Shown piece after piece: positions 42,701 through 56,988 of a DNA stretch of 64,000 nucleotides (position 1 is its first letter; each line of letters begins with the position of its first letter). The notes under the pieces were generated by a model that ran no database searches, was not told where the DNA came from, and saw only the letters and a list, made by a program, of their open reading frames with translations. The stretch lies in assembly GCF_009914755.1 (NCBI RefSeq), contig NC_060931.1; one strand, 5' to 3'. This DNA is from the human T2T-CHM13v2.0 reference genome, Homo sapiens. Position numbers and translations under genes: made by a program.

Positions 42701-45700
42701 GTGTTGTGTGCATTCAACTCACAGAGTGGAACGTCCCTTTAGACAGAGCAGATTTGAAACACTCTTTTTGCGGAATTTGCAAGTGGAGATTTCTAGCCAT
42801 TTGATGCCAACAGTAGAAAGGGAAATATCTTCAAATAAAAACCAGACAGAATCATTCTCAGAAAATTCTTTGTGATGTGTGCGTTCAACTCACATAGTTT
42901 AACCTTTCTTTTCATAGAGCAGTTTGGAAACACTCTGTTTGTAAAGTCTGCAAGTGGATATATGGACCGCATTGAGGCCTTCGTTGGAAACGGGATTTCT
43001 TCATTTCATGCTAGACAGAAGAATTCTCAGTAACTTCTTTGTGCTGTGTGTATTCAACTCACAGAGTGGAACGTCCCTTTGCACAGAGCAGATTTGAAAC
43101 ACTCTTTTTGTGGAGTTTGCAAGTGGAGATTTCAAGCGATTTGATGCCAACAGTAGAAAAGGAAATATCTTCAAATAAAAACTAGACAGAATCATTCTCA
43201 GAAACTACTTTGTGATGTGTGCCTTCAACTCACAGAGTTCAACCTTTCTTTTCTTAGAGCAGTTTAGAAACACTCTGCTTGTTATGTCTGCAAGTGGATA
43301 TTTGGACCTCTTTGAGGCCTTCGTTGCAAACGGGGTTTCTTCCTTTCATGCTAGACTAAGAAGAGTTCTCAGTAACTTTTTTGTGTTGTGTGTATTCAAC
43401 TCACAGAGTTGAACCTTGCTTTAGAGAGAGCAGATTTGAAACACTCTTGCTGTGGCATTTTCAGGTGGAGATTTCAAGCGATTTGAGGACAATTGCAGAA
43501 AAGGAAATATCTTCGTATAATAACCAGACAGAATCATTCTCAGAAAGTGCTTTGTGATGTGTGCGTTCAACTCACAGAGTTTAACCTTTCTTTTCATAGA
43601 GGAGTTTGGAAACACACTGTTTGTAAAGTCTGCAAGTGGATACATGGACCTGTTTGAGGCCTTCGTTGGAAACGGGATTTCTTCATTGAATGCTAGACGG
43701 AAGAATTCTCAGTAAATTCTTTGTGTTGTGTGCATTCAACTCACAGAGTGGAACGTCCCTTTAGACAGAGCAGATTTGAAACACTCTTTTTGCGGAATTT
43801 GCAAGTGGAGATTTCTAGCCATTTGATGCCAACAGTAGAAAGGGAAATATCTTCAAATAAAAACCAGACAGAATCATTCTCAGCAAATTCTTTGTGATGT
43901 GTGCATTCAACTCACTTAGTTTAACCTTTCTTTTCATAGAGCAGTTTGGAAACACTCTGTTTGTAAAGTCTGCAAGTGGATATATGGACCGCATTGAGGC
44001 CTTCGTTGGAAACGGGATTTCTTCATTTCATGCTAGACAGAAGAATTCTCAGTAACTTCTTTGTGCTGTGTGTATTCAACTCACAGAGTGGAACGTCCCT
44101 TTGCACAGAGCAGATTTGAAACACTCTTTTTGTGGAGTTTGCAAGTGGAGATTTCAAGCGATTTGATGCCAACAGTAGAAAAGGAAATATCTTCAAATAA
44201 AAACTAGACAGAATCATTCTCAGAAACTACTTTGTGATGTGTGCCTTCAACTCACAGAGTTTAACCTTTCTTTTCTTAGAGCAGTTTAGAAACACTCTGC
44301 TTGTTATGTCTGCAAGTGGATATTTGGACCTCTTTGAGGCCTTCGTTGCAAACGGGGTTTCTTCCTTTCATGCTAGACTAAGAAGAGTTCTCAGTAACTT
44401 TTTTGTGTTGTGTGTATTCAACTCACAGAGTTGAACCTTGCTTTAGAGAGAGCAGATTTGAAACACTCTTGCTGTGGCATTTTCAGGTGGAGATTTCAAG
44501 CGATTTGAGGACAATTGCAGAAAAGGAAATATCTTCGTATAATAACCAGACAGAATCATTCTCAGAAAGTGCTTTGTGATGTGTGCGTTCAACTCACAGA
44601 GTTTAACCTTTCTTTTCATAGAGGAGTTTGGAAACACACTGTTTGTAAAGTCTGCAAGTGGATACATGGACCTGTTTGAGGCCTTCGTTGGAAACGGGAT
44701 TTCTTCATTGAATGCTAGACGGAAGAATTCTCAGTAAATTCTTTGTGTTGTGTGCATTCAACTCACAGAGTGGAACGTCCCTTTAGACAGAGCAGATTTG
44801 AAACACTCTTTTTGCGGAATTTGCAAGTGGAGATTTCTAGCCATTTGATGCCAACAGTAGAAAGGGAAATATCTTCAAATAAAAACCAGACAGAATCATT
44901 CTCAGAAAATTCTTTGTGATGTGTGCGTTCAACTCACATAGTTTAACCTTTCTTTTCATAGAGCAGTTTGGAAACACTCTGTTTGTAAAGTCTGCAAGTG
45001 GATATATGGACCGCATTGAGGCCTTCGTTGGAAACGGGATTTATTCATTTCATGCTAGACAGAAGAATTCTCAGTAACTTCTTTGTGCTGTGTGTATTCA
45101 ACTCACAGAGTGGAACGTCCCTTTACACAGAGCAGATTTGAAACACTCTTTTTGTGGAGTTTGCAAGTGGAGATTTCAAGCGATTTGATGCCAACAGTAG
45201 AAAAGGAAATATCTTCAAATAAAAACTAGACAGAATCATTCTCAGAAACTACTTTGTGATGTGTGCCTTCAACTCACAGAGTTTAACCTTTCTTTTCTTA
45301 GAGCAGTTTAGAAACACTCTGCTTGTTATGTCTGCAAGTGGATATTTGGACCTCTTTGAGGCCTTCGTTGCAAACGGGGTTTCTTCCTTTCATGCTAGAC
45401 TAAGAAGAGTTCTCAGTAACTTTTTTGTGTTGTGTGTATTCAACTCACAGAGTTGAACCTTGCTTTAGAGAGAGCAGATTTGAAACACTCTTGCTGTGGC
45501 ATTTTCAGGTGGAGATTTCAAGCGATTTGAGGACAATTGCAGAAAAGGAAATATCTTCGTATAATAACCAGACAGAATCATTCTCAGAAAGTGCTTTGTG
45601 ATGTGTGCGTTCAACTCACAGAGTTTAACCTTTCTTTCCATAGAGGAGTTTGGAAACACACTGTTTGTAAAGTCTGCAAGTGGATATATGGACCTGTTTG

Positions 45701-48700
45701 AGGCCTTCGTTGGAAACGGGATTTCTTCATTGAATGCTAGACGGAAGAATTCTCAGTAAATTCTTTGTGTTGTGTGCATTCAACTCACAGAGTGGAACGT
45801 CCCTTTAGACAGAGCAGATTTGAAACACTCTTTTTGCGGAATTTGCAAGTGGAGATTTCTAGCCATTTGATGCCAACAGTAGAAAGGGAAATATCTTCAA
45901 ATAAAAACCAGACAGAATCATTCTCAGAAAATTCTTTGTGATGTGTGCGTTCAACTCACATAGTTTAACCTTTCTTTTCATAGAGCAGTTTGGAAACACT
46001 CTGTTTGTAAAGTCTGCAAGTGGATATATGGACCGCATTGAGGCCTTCGTTGGAAACGGGATTTATTCATTTCATGCTAGACAGAAGAATTCTCAGTAAC
46101 TTCTTTGTGCTGTGTGTATTCAACTCACAGAGTGGAACGTCCCTTTACACAGAGCAGATTTGAAACACTCTTTTTGTGGAGTTTGCAAGTGGAGATTTCA
46201 AGCGATTTGATGCCAACAGTAGAAAAGGAAATATCTTCAAATAAAAACTAGACAGAATCATTCTCAGAAACTACTTTGTGATGTGTGCCTTCAACTCACA
46301 GAGTTTAACCTTTCTTTTCTTAGAGCAGTTTAGAAACACTCTGCTTGTTATGTCTGCAAGTGGATATTTGGACCTCTTTGAGGCCTTCGTTGCAAACGGG
46401 GTTTCTTCCTTTCATGCTAGACTAAGAAGAGTTCTCAGTAACTTTTTTGTGTTGTGTGTATTCAACTCACAGAGTTGAACCTTGCTTTAGAGAGAGCAGA
46501 TTTGAAACACTCTTGCTGTGGCATTTTCAGGTGGAGATTTCAAGCGATTTGAGGACAATTGCAGAAAAGGAAATATCTTCGTATAATAACCAGACAGAAT
46601 CATTCTCAGAAAGTGCTTTGTGATGTGTGCGTTCAACTCACAGAGTTTAACCTTTCTTTTCATAGAGGAGTTTGGAAACACACTGTTTGTAAGGACTGCA
46701 AGTGGATATATGGACCTGTTTGAGGCCTTCGTTGGAAACGGGATTTCTTCATTGAATGCTAGACGGAAGAATTCTCAGTAAATTCTTTGTGTTGTGTGCA
46801 TTCAACTCACAGAGTGGAACGTCCCTTTAGACACAGCAGATTTGAAACACTCTTTTTGCGGAATTTGCAAGTGGAGATTTCTAGCCATTTGATGCCAACA
46901 GTAGAAAGGGAAATATCTTCAAATAAAAACCAGACAGAATCATTCTCAGCAAATTCTTTGTGATGTGTGCGTTCAACTCACATAGTTTAACCTTTCTTTT
47001 CATAGAGCAGTTTGGAAACACTCTGTTTGTAAAGTCTGCAAGTGGATATATGGACCGCATTGAGGCCTTCGTTGGAAACGGGATTTCTTCATTTCATGCT
47101 AGACAGAAGAATTCTCAGTAACTTCTTTGTGCTGTGTGTATTCAACTCACAGAGTGGAACGTCCCTTTGCACAGAGCAGATTTGAAACACTCTTTTTGTG
47201 GAGTTTGCAAGTGGAGATTTCAAGCGATTTGATGCCAACAGTAGAAAAGGAAATATCTTCAAATAAAAACTAGACAGAATCATTCTCAGAAACTACTTTG
47301 TGATGTGTGCCTTCAACTCACAGAGTTCAACCTTTCTTTTCTTAGAGCAGTTTAGAAACACTCTGCTTGTTATGTCTGCAAGTGGATATTTGGACCTCTT
47401 TGAGGCCTTCGTTGCAAACGGGGTTTCCTCCTTTCATGCTAGACTAAGAAGAGTTCTCAGTAACTTTTTTGTGTTGTGTGTATTCAACTCACAGAGTTGA
47501 ACCTTGCTTTAGAGAGAGCAGATTTGAAACACTCTTGCTGTGGCATTTTCAGGTGGAGATTTCAAGCGATTTGAGGACAATTGCAGAAAAGGAAATATCT
47601 TCGTATAATAACCAGACAGAATCATTCTCAGAAAGTGCTTTGTGATGTGTGCGTTCAACTCACAGAGTTTAACCTTTCTTTTCATAGAGGAGTTTGGAAA
47701 CACACTGTTTGTAAAGTCTGCAAGTGGATACATGGACCTGTTTGAGGCCTTCGTTGGAAACGGGATTTCTTCATTGAATGCTAGACGGAAGAATTCTCAG
47801 TAAATTCTTTGTGTTGTGTGCATTCAACTCACAGAGTGGAACGTCCCTTTAGACAGAGCAGATTTGAAACACTCTTTTTGCGGAATTTGCAAGTGGAGAT
47901 TTCTAGCCATTTGATGCCAACAGTAGAAAGGGAAATATCTTCAAATAAAAACCAGACAGAATCATTCTCAGCAAATTCTTTGTGATGTGTGCGTTCAACT
48001 CACATAGTTTAACCTTTCTTTTCATAGAGCAGTTTGGAAACACTCTGTTTGTAAAGTCTGCAAGTGGATATATGGACCGCTTTGAGGCCTTCGTTGGAAA
48101 CGGGATTTCTTCATTTCATGCTAGACAGAAGAATTCTCAGTAACTTCTTTGTGCTGTGTGTATTCAACTCACAGAGTGGAACGTCCCTTTGCACAGAGCA
48201 GATTTGAAACACTCTTTTTGTGGAGTTTGCAAGTGGAGATTTCAAGCGATTTGATGCCAACAGTAGAAAAGGAAATATCTTCAAATAAAAACTAGACAGA
48301 ATCATTCTCAGAAACTACTTTGTGATGTGTGCCTTCAACTCACAGAGTTTAACCTTTCTTTTCTTAGAGCAGTTTAGAAACACTCTGCTTGTTATGTCTG
48401 CAAGTGGATATTTGGACCTCTTTGAGGCCTTCGTTGCAAACGGGGTTTCTTCCTTTCATGCTAGACTAAGAAGAGTTCTCAGTAACTTTTTTGTGTTGTG
48501 TGTATTCAACTCACAGAGTTGAACCTTGCTTTAGAGAGAGCAGATTTGAAACACTCTTGCTGTGGCATTTTCAGGTGGAGATTTCAAGCGATTTGAGGAC
48601 AATTGCAGAAAAGGAAATATCTTCGTATAATAACCAGACAGAATCATTCTCAGAAAGTGCTTTGTGATGTGTGCGTTCAACTCACAGAGTTTAACCTTTC

Positions 48701-51700
48701 TTTTCATAGAGGAGTTTGGAAACACACTGTTTGTAAAGTCTGCAAGTGGATACATGGACCTGTTTGAGGCCTTCGTTGGAAACGGGATTTCTTCATTGAA
48801 TGCTAGACGGAAGAATTCTCAGTAAATTCTTTGTGTTGTGTGCATTCAACTCACAGAGTGGAACGTCCCTTTAGACAGAGCAGATTTGAAACACTCTTTT
48901 TGCGGAATTTGCAAGTGGAGATTTCTAGCCATTTGATGCCAACAGTAGAAAGGGAAATATCTTCAAATAAAAACCAGACAGAATCATTCTCAGAAAATTC
49001 TTTGTGATGTGTGCGTTCAACTCACATAGTTTAACCTTTCTTTTCATAGAGCAGTTTGGAAACACTCTGTTTGTAAAGTCTGCAAGTGGATATATGGACC
49101 GCATTGAGGCCTTCGTTGGAAACGGGATTTCTTCATTTCATGCTAGACAGAAGAATTCTCAGTAACTTCTTTGTGCTGTGTGTATTCAACTCACAGAGTG
49201 GAACGTCCCTTTGCACAGAGCAGATTTGAAACACTCTTTTTGTGGAGTTTGCAAGTGGAGATTTCAAGCGATTTGATGCCAACAGTAGAAAAGGAAATAT
49301 CTTCAAATAAAAACTAGACAGAATCATTCTCAGAAACTACTTTGTGATGTGTGCCTTCAACTCACAGAGTTTAACCTTTCTTTTCTTAGAGCAGTTTAGA
49401 AACACTCTGCTTGTTATGTCTGCAAGTGGATATTTGGACCTCTTTGAGGCCTTCGTTGCAAACGGGGTTTCTTCCTTTCATGCTAGACTAAGAAGAGTTC
49501 TCAGTAACTTTTTTGTGTTGTGTGTATTCAACTCACAGAGTTGAACCTTGCTTTAGAGAGAGCAGATTTGAAACACTCTTGCTGTGGCATTTTCAGGTGG
49601 AGATTTCAAGCGATTTGAGGACAATTGCAGAAAAGGAAATATCTTCGTATAATAACCAGACAGAATCATTCTCAGAAAGTGCTTTGTGATGTGTGCGTTC
49701 AACTCACAGAGTTTAACCTTTCTTTTCATAGAGGAGTTTGGAAACACACTGTTTGTAAAGTCTGCAAGTGGATACATGGACCTGTTTGAGGCCTTCGTTG
49801 GAAACGGGATTTCTTCATTGAATGCTAGACGGAAGAATTCTCAGTAAATTCTTTGTGTTGTGTGCATTCAACTCACAGAGTGGAACGTCCCTTTAGACAG
49901 AGCAGATTTGAAACACTCTTTTTGCGGAATTTGCAAGTGGAGATTTCTAGCCATTTGATGCCAACAGTAGAAAGGGAAATATCTTCAAATAAAAACCAGA
50001 CAGAATCATTCTCAGAAAATTCTTTGTGATGTGTGCGTTCAACTCACATAGTTTAACCTTTCTTTTCATAGAGCAGTTTGGAAACACTCTGTTTGTAAAG
50101 TCTGCAAGTGGATATATGGACCGCATTGAGGCCTTCGTTGGAAACGGGATTTCTTCATTTCATGCTAGACAGAAGAATTCTCAGTAACTTCTTTGTGCTG
50201 TGTGTATTCAACTCACAGAGTGGAACGTCCCTTTGCACAGAGCAGATTTGAAACACTCTTTTTGTGGAGTTTGCAAGTGGAGATTTCAAGCGATTTGATG
50301 CCAACAGTAGAAAAGGAAATATCTTCAAATAAAAACTAGACAGAATCATTCTCAGAAACTACTTTGTGATGTGTGCCTTCAACTCACAGAGTTTAACCTT
50401 TCTTTTCTTAGAGCAGTTTAGAAACACTCTGCTTGTTATGTCTGCAAGTGGATATTTGGACCTCTTTGAGGCCTTCGTTGCAAACGGGGTTTCTTCCTTT
50501 CATGCTAGACTAAGAAGAGTTCTCAGTAACTTTTTTGTGTTGTGTGTATTCAACTCACAGAGTTGAACCTTGCTTTAGAGAGAGCAGATTTGAAACACTC
50601 TTGCTGTGGCATTTTCAGGTGGAGATTTCAAGCGATTTGAGGACAATTGCAGAAAAGGAAATATCTTCGTATAATAACCAGACAGAATCATTCTCAGAAA
50701 GTGCTTTGTGATGTGTGCGTTCAACTCACAGAGTTTAACCTTTCTTTTCATAGAGGAGTTTGGAAACACACTGTTTGTAAGGACTGCAAGTGGATATATG
50801 GACCTGTTTGAGGCCTTCGTTGGAAACGGGATTTCTTCATTGAATGCTAGACGGAAGAATTCTCAGTAAATTCTTTGTGTTGTGTGCATTCAACTCACAG
50901 AGTGGAACGTCCCTTTAGACACAGCAGATTTGAAACACTCTTTTTGCGGAATTTGCAAGTGGAGATTTCTAGCCATTTGATGCCAACAGTAGAAAGGGAA
51001 ATATCTTCAAATAAAAACCAGACAGAATCATTCTCAGCAAATTCTTTGTGATGTGTGCGTTCAACTCACATAGTTTAACCTTTCTTTTCATAGAGCAGTT
51101 TGGAAACACTCTGTTTGTAAAGTCTGCAAGTGGATATATGGACCGCATTGAGGCCTTCGTTGGAAACGGGATTTCTTCATTTCATGCTAGACAGAAGAAT
51201 TCTCAGTAACTTCTTTGTGCTGTGTGTATTCAACTCACAGAGTGGAACGTCCCTTTGCACAGAGCAGATTTGAAACACTCTTTTTGTGGAGTTTGCAAGT
51301 GGAGATTTCAAGCGATTTGATGCCAACAGTAGAAAAGGAAATATCTTCAAATAAAAACTAGACAGAATCATTCTCAGAAACTACTTTGTGATGTGTGCCT
51401 TCAACTCACAGAGTTCAACCTTTCTTTTCTTAGAGCAGTTTAGAAACACTCTGCTTGTTATGTCTGCAAGTGGATATTTGGACCTCTTTGAGGCCTTCGT
51501 TGCAAACGGGGTTTCTTCCTTTCATGCTAGACTAAGAAGAGTTCTCAGTAACTTTTTTGTGTTGTGTGTATTCAACTCACAGAGTTGAACCTTGCTTTAG
51601 AGAGAGCAGATTTGAAACACTCTTGCTGTGGCATTTTCAGGTGGAGATTTCAAGCGATTTGAGGACAATTGCAGAAAAGGAAATATCTTCGTATAATAAC

Positions 51701-54700
51701 CAGACAGAATCATTCTCAGAAAGTGCTTTGTGATGTGTGCGTTCAACTCACAGAGTTTAACCTTTCTTTTCATAGAGGAGTTTGGAAACACACTGTTTGT
51801 AAAGTCTGCAAGTGGATACATGGACCTGTTTGAGGCCTTCGTTGGAAACGGGATTTCTTCATTGAATGCTAGACGGAAGAATTCTCAGTAAATTCTTTGT
51901 GTTGTGTGCATTCAACTCACAGAGTGGAACGTCCCTTTAGACAGAGCAGATTTGAAACACTCTTTTTGCGGAATTTGCAAGTGGAGATTTCTAGCCATTT
52001 GATGCCAACAGTAGAAAGGGAAATATCTTCAAATAAAAACCAGACAGAATCATTCTCAGCAAATTCTTTGTGATGTGTGCGTTCAACTCACATAGTTTAA
52101 CCTTTCTTTTCATAGAGCAGTTTGGAAACACTCTGTTTGTAAAGTCTGCAAGTGGATATATGGACCGCTTTGAAGCCTTCGTTGGAAACGGGATTTCTTC
52201 ATTTCATGCTAGACAGAAGAATTCTCAGTAACTTCTTTGTGCTGTGTGTATTCAACTCACAGAGTGGAACGTCCCTTTGCACAGAGCAGATTTGAAACAC
52301 TCTTTTTGTGGAGTTTGCAAGTGGAGATTTCAAGCGATTTGATGCCAACAGTAGAAAAGGAAATATCTTCAAATAAAAACTAGACAGAATCATTCTCAGA
52401 AACTACTTTGTGATGTGTGCCTTCAACTCACAGAGTTTAACCTTTCTTTTCTTAGAGCAGTTTAGAAACACTCTGCTTGTTATGTCTGCAAGTGGATATT
52501 TGGACCTCTTTGAGGCCTTCGTTGCAAACGGGGTTTCTTCCTTTCATGCTAGACTAAGAAGAGTTCTCAGTAACTTTTTTGTGTTGTGTGTATTCAACTC
52601 ACAGAGTTGAACCTTGCTTTAGAGAGAGCAGATTTGAAACACTCTTGCTGTGGCATTTTCAGGTGGAGATTTCAAGCGATTTGAGGACAATTGCAGAAAA
52701 TGAAATATCTTCGTATAATAACCAGACAGAATCATTCTCAGAAAGTGCTTTGTGATGTGTGCGTTCAACTCACAGAGTTTAACCTTTCTTTTCATAGAGG
52801 AGTTTGGAAACACACTGTTTGTAAAGTCTGCAAGTGGATACATGGACCTGTTTGAGGCCTTCGTTGGAAACGGGATTTCTTCATTGAATGCTAGACGGAA
52901 GAATTCTCAGTAAATTCTTTGTGTTGTGTGCATTCAACTCACAGAGTGGAACGTCCCTTTAGACACAGCAGATTTGAAACACTCTTTTTGCGGAATTTGC
53001 AAGTGGAGATTTCTAGCCATTTGATGCCAACAGTAGAAAGGGAAATATCTTCAAATAAAAACCAGACAGAATCATTCTCAGCAAATTCTTTGTGATGTGT
53101 GCGTTCAACTCACATAGTTTAACCTTTCTTTTCATAGAGCAGTTTGGAAACACTCTGTTTGTAAAGTCTGCAAGTGGATATATGGACCGCATTGAGGTCT
53201 TCGTTGGAAACGGGATTTCTTCATTTCATGCTAGACAGAAGAATTCTCAGTAACTTCTTTGTGCTGTGTGTATTCAACTCACAGAGTGGAACGTCCCTTT
53301 GCACAGAGCAGATTTGAAACACTCTTTTTGTGGAGTTTGCAAGTGGAGATTTCAAGCGATTTGATGCCAACAGTAGAAAAGGAAATATCTTCAAATAAAA
53401 ACTAGACAGAATCATTCTCAGAAACTACTTTGTGATGTGTGCCTTCAACTCACAGAGTTCAACCTTTCTTTTCTTAGAGCAGTTTAGAAACACTCTGCTT
53501 GTTATGTCTGCAAGTGGATATTTGGACCTCTTTGAGGCCTTCGTTGCAAACGGGGTTTCTTCCTTTCATGCTAGACTAAGAAGAGTTCTCAGTAACTTTT
53601 TTGTGTTGTGTGTATTCAACTCACAGAGTTGAACCTTGCTTTAGAGACAGCAGATTTGAAACACTCTTGCTGTGGCATTTTCAGGTGGAGATTTCAAGCG
53701 ATTTGAGGACAATTGCAGAAAAGGAAATATCTTCGTATAATAACCAGACAGAATCATTCTCAGAAAGTGCTTTGTGATGTGTGCGTTCAACTCACAGAGT
53801 TTAACCTTTCTTTTCATAGAGGAGTTTGGAAACACACTGTTTGTAAAGTCTGCAAGTGGATACATGGACCTGTTTGAGGCCTTCGTTGGAAACGGGATTT
53901 CTTCATTGAATGCTAGACGGAAGAATTCTCAGTAAATTCTTTGTGTTGTGTGCATTGAACTCACAGAGTGGAACGTCCCTTTAGACAGAGCAGATTTGAA
54001 ACACTCTTTTTGCGGAATTTGCAAGTGGAGATTTCTAGCCATTTGATGCCAACAGTAGAAAGGGAAATATCTTCAAATAAAAACCAGACAGAATCATTCT
54101 CAGAAAATTCTTTGTGATGTGTGCGTTCAACTCACATAGTTTAACCTTTCTTTTCATAGAGCAGTTTGGAAACACTCTGTTTGTAAAGTCTGCAAGTGGA
54201 TATATGGACCGCATTGAGGCCTTCGTTGGAAACGGGATTTCTTCATTTCATGCTAGACAGAAGAATTCTCAGTAACTTCTTTGTGCTGTGTGTATTCACC
54301 TCACAGAGTGGACCGTCCCTTTGCACAGAGCAGATTTGAAACACTCTTTTTGTGGAGTTTGCAAGTGGAGATTTCAAGCGATTTGATGCCAACAGTAGAA
54401 AAGGAAATATCTTCAAATAAAAACTAGACAGAATCATTCTCAGAAACTACTTTGTGATGTGTGCCTTCAACTCACAGAGTTTAACCTTTCTTTTCTTAGA
54501 GCAGTTTAGAAACACTCTGCTTGTTATGACTGCAAGTGGATATTTGGACCTCTTTGAGGCCTTCGTTGCAAACGGGGTTTCTTCCTTTCATGCTAGACTA
54601 AGAAGAGTTCTCAGTAACTTTTTTGTGTTGTGTGTATTCAACTCACAGAGTTGAACCTTGCTTTAGAGAGAGCAGATTTGAAACACTCTTGCTGTGGCAT

Positions 54701-56306
54701 TTTCAGGTGGAGATTTCAAGCGATTTGAGGACAATTGCAGAAAAGGAAATATCTTCGTATAATAACCAGACAGAATCATTCTCAGAAAGTGCTTTGTGAT
54801 GTGTGCGTTCAACTCACAGAGTTTAACCTTTCTTTTCATAGAGGAGTTTGGAAACACACTGTTTGTAAGGACTGCAAGTGGATATATGGACCTGTTTGAG
54901 GCCTTCGTTGGAAACGGGATTTCTTCATTGAATGCTAGACGGAAGAATTCTCAGTAAATTCTTTGTGTTGTGTGCATTCAACTCACAGAGTGGAACGTCC
55001 CTTTAGACAGAGCAGATTTGAAACACTCTTTTTGCGGAATTTGCAAGTGGAGATTTCTAGCCATTTGATGCCAACAGTAGAAAGGGAAATATCTTCAAAT
55101 AAAAACCAGACAGAATCATTCTCAGCAAATTCTTTGTGATGTGTGCGTTCAACTCACATAGTTTAACCTTTCTTTTCATAGAGCAGTTTGGAAACACTCT
55201 GTTTGTAAAGTCTGCAAGTGGATATATGGACCGCATTGAGGCCTTCGTTGGAAACGGGATTTCTTCATTTCATGCTAGACAGAAGAATTCTCAGTAACTT
55301 CTTTGTGCTGTGTGTATTCAACTCACAGAGTGGAACGTCCCTTTGCACAGAGCAGATTTGAAACACTCTTTTTGTGGAGTTTGCAAGTGGAGATTTCAAG
55401 CGATTTGATGCCAACAGTAGAAAAGGAAATATCTTCAAATAAAAACTAGACAGAATCATTCTCAGAAACTACTTTGTGATGTGTGCCTTCAACTCAGAGA
55501 GTTCAACCTTTCTTTTCTTAGAGCAGTTTAGAAACACTCTGCTTGTTATGTCTGCAAGTGGATATTTGGACCTCTTTGAGGCCTTCGTTGCAAACGGGGT
55601 TTCTTCCTTTCATGCTAGACTAAGAAGAGTTCTCAGTAACTTTTTTGTGTTGTGTGTATTCAACTCACAGAGTTGAACCTTGCTTTAGAGAGAGCAGATT
55701 TGAAACACTCTTGCTGTGGCATTTTCAGGTGGAGATTTCAAGCGATTTGAGGACAATTGCAGAAAAGGAAATATCTTCGTATAATAACCAGACAGAATCA
55801 TTCTCAGAAAGTGCTTTGTGATGTGTGCGTTCAACTCACAGAGTTTAACCTTTCTTTTCATAGAGGAGTTTGGAAACACACTGTTTGTAAAGTCTGCAAG
55901 TGGATACATGGACCTGTTTGAGGCCTTCGTTGGAAACGGGATTTCTTCATTGAATGCTAGACGGAAGAATTCTCAGTAAATTCTTTGTGTTGTGTGCATT
56001 CAACTCACAGAGTGGAACGTCCCTTTAGACAGAGCAGATTTGAAACACTCTTTTTGCGGAATTTGCAAGTGGAGATTTCTAGCCATTTGATGCCAACAGT
56101 AGAAAGGGAAATATCTTCAAATAAAAACCAGACAGAATCATTCTCAGAAAATTCTTTGTGATGTGTGCGTTCAACTCACATAGTTTAACCTTTCTTTTCA
56201 TAGAGCAGTTTGGAAACACTCTGTTTGTAAAGTCTGCAAGTGGATATATGGACCGCATTGAGGCCTTCGTTGGAAACGGGATTTCTTCATTTCATGCTAG
56301 ACAGAA
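30757..56306 (+). repeat. Uninterrupted run of 25 full-length 6-mer HORs
   Basis: 25,550 bp = 25 x 1022. ORF spacing is constant from 30948 to 56498. Confidence 0.95.
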
Positions 56307-56988
56307 GAATTCTCAGTAACTTCTTTGTGCTGTGTGTATTCAACTCACAGAGTGGAACGTCCCTTTGCACAGAGCAGATTTGAAACACTCTTTTTGTGGA
56401 GTTTGCAAGTGGAGATTTCAAGCGATTTGATGCCAACAGTAGAAAAGGAAATATCTTCAAATAAAAACTAGACAGAATCATTCTCAGAAACTACTTTGTG
56501 ATGTGTGCCTTCAACTCACAGAGTTTAACCTTTCTTTTCTTAGAGCAGTTTAGAAACACTCTGCTTGTTATGTCTGCAAGTGGATATTTGGACCTCTTTG
56601 AGGCCTTCGTTGCAAACGGGGTTTCTTCCTTTCATGCTAGACTAAGAAGAGTTCTCAGTAACTTTTTTGTGTTGTGTGTATTCAACTCACAGAGTTGAAC
56701 CTTGCTTTAGAGAGAGCAGATTTGAAACACTCTTGCTGTGGCATTTTCAGGTGGAGATTTCAAGCGATTTGAGGACAATTGCAGAAAAGGAAATATCTTC
56801 GTATAATAACCAGACAGAATCATTCTCAGAAAGTGCTTTGTGATGTGTGCGTTCAACTCACAGAGTTTAACCTTTCTTTTCATAGAGGAGTTTGGAAACA
56901 CACTGTTTGTAAAGTCTGCAAGTGGATATATGGACCGCATTGAGGCCTTCGTTGGAAACGGGATTTCTTCATTTCATGCTAGACAGAA
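56307..56988 (+). repeat. 4-mer HOR variant type 2 (682 bp; 340-bp dimer deleted)
   Basis: A chimeric monomer runs GAGGAG...ACACACTG then TGGACCGCATTG. The junction window is 56903-56936. ORF spacing from 56498 to 57180 is 682 bp. Confidence 0.95.

Noticed and set aside
56707-56940. Extended 77-aa ORF (MRSIYP...), also at 61477 and 63181
   Set aside because: It is a by-product of the type-2 4-mer chimeric junction.
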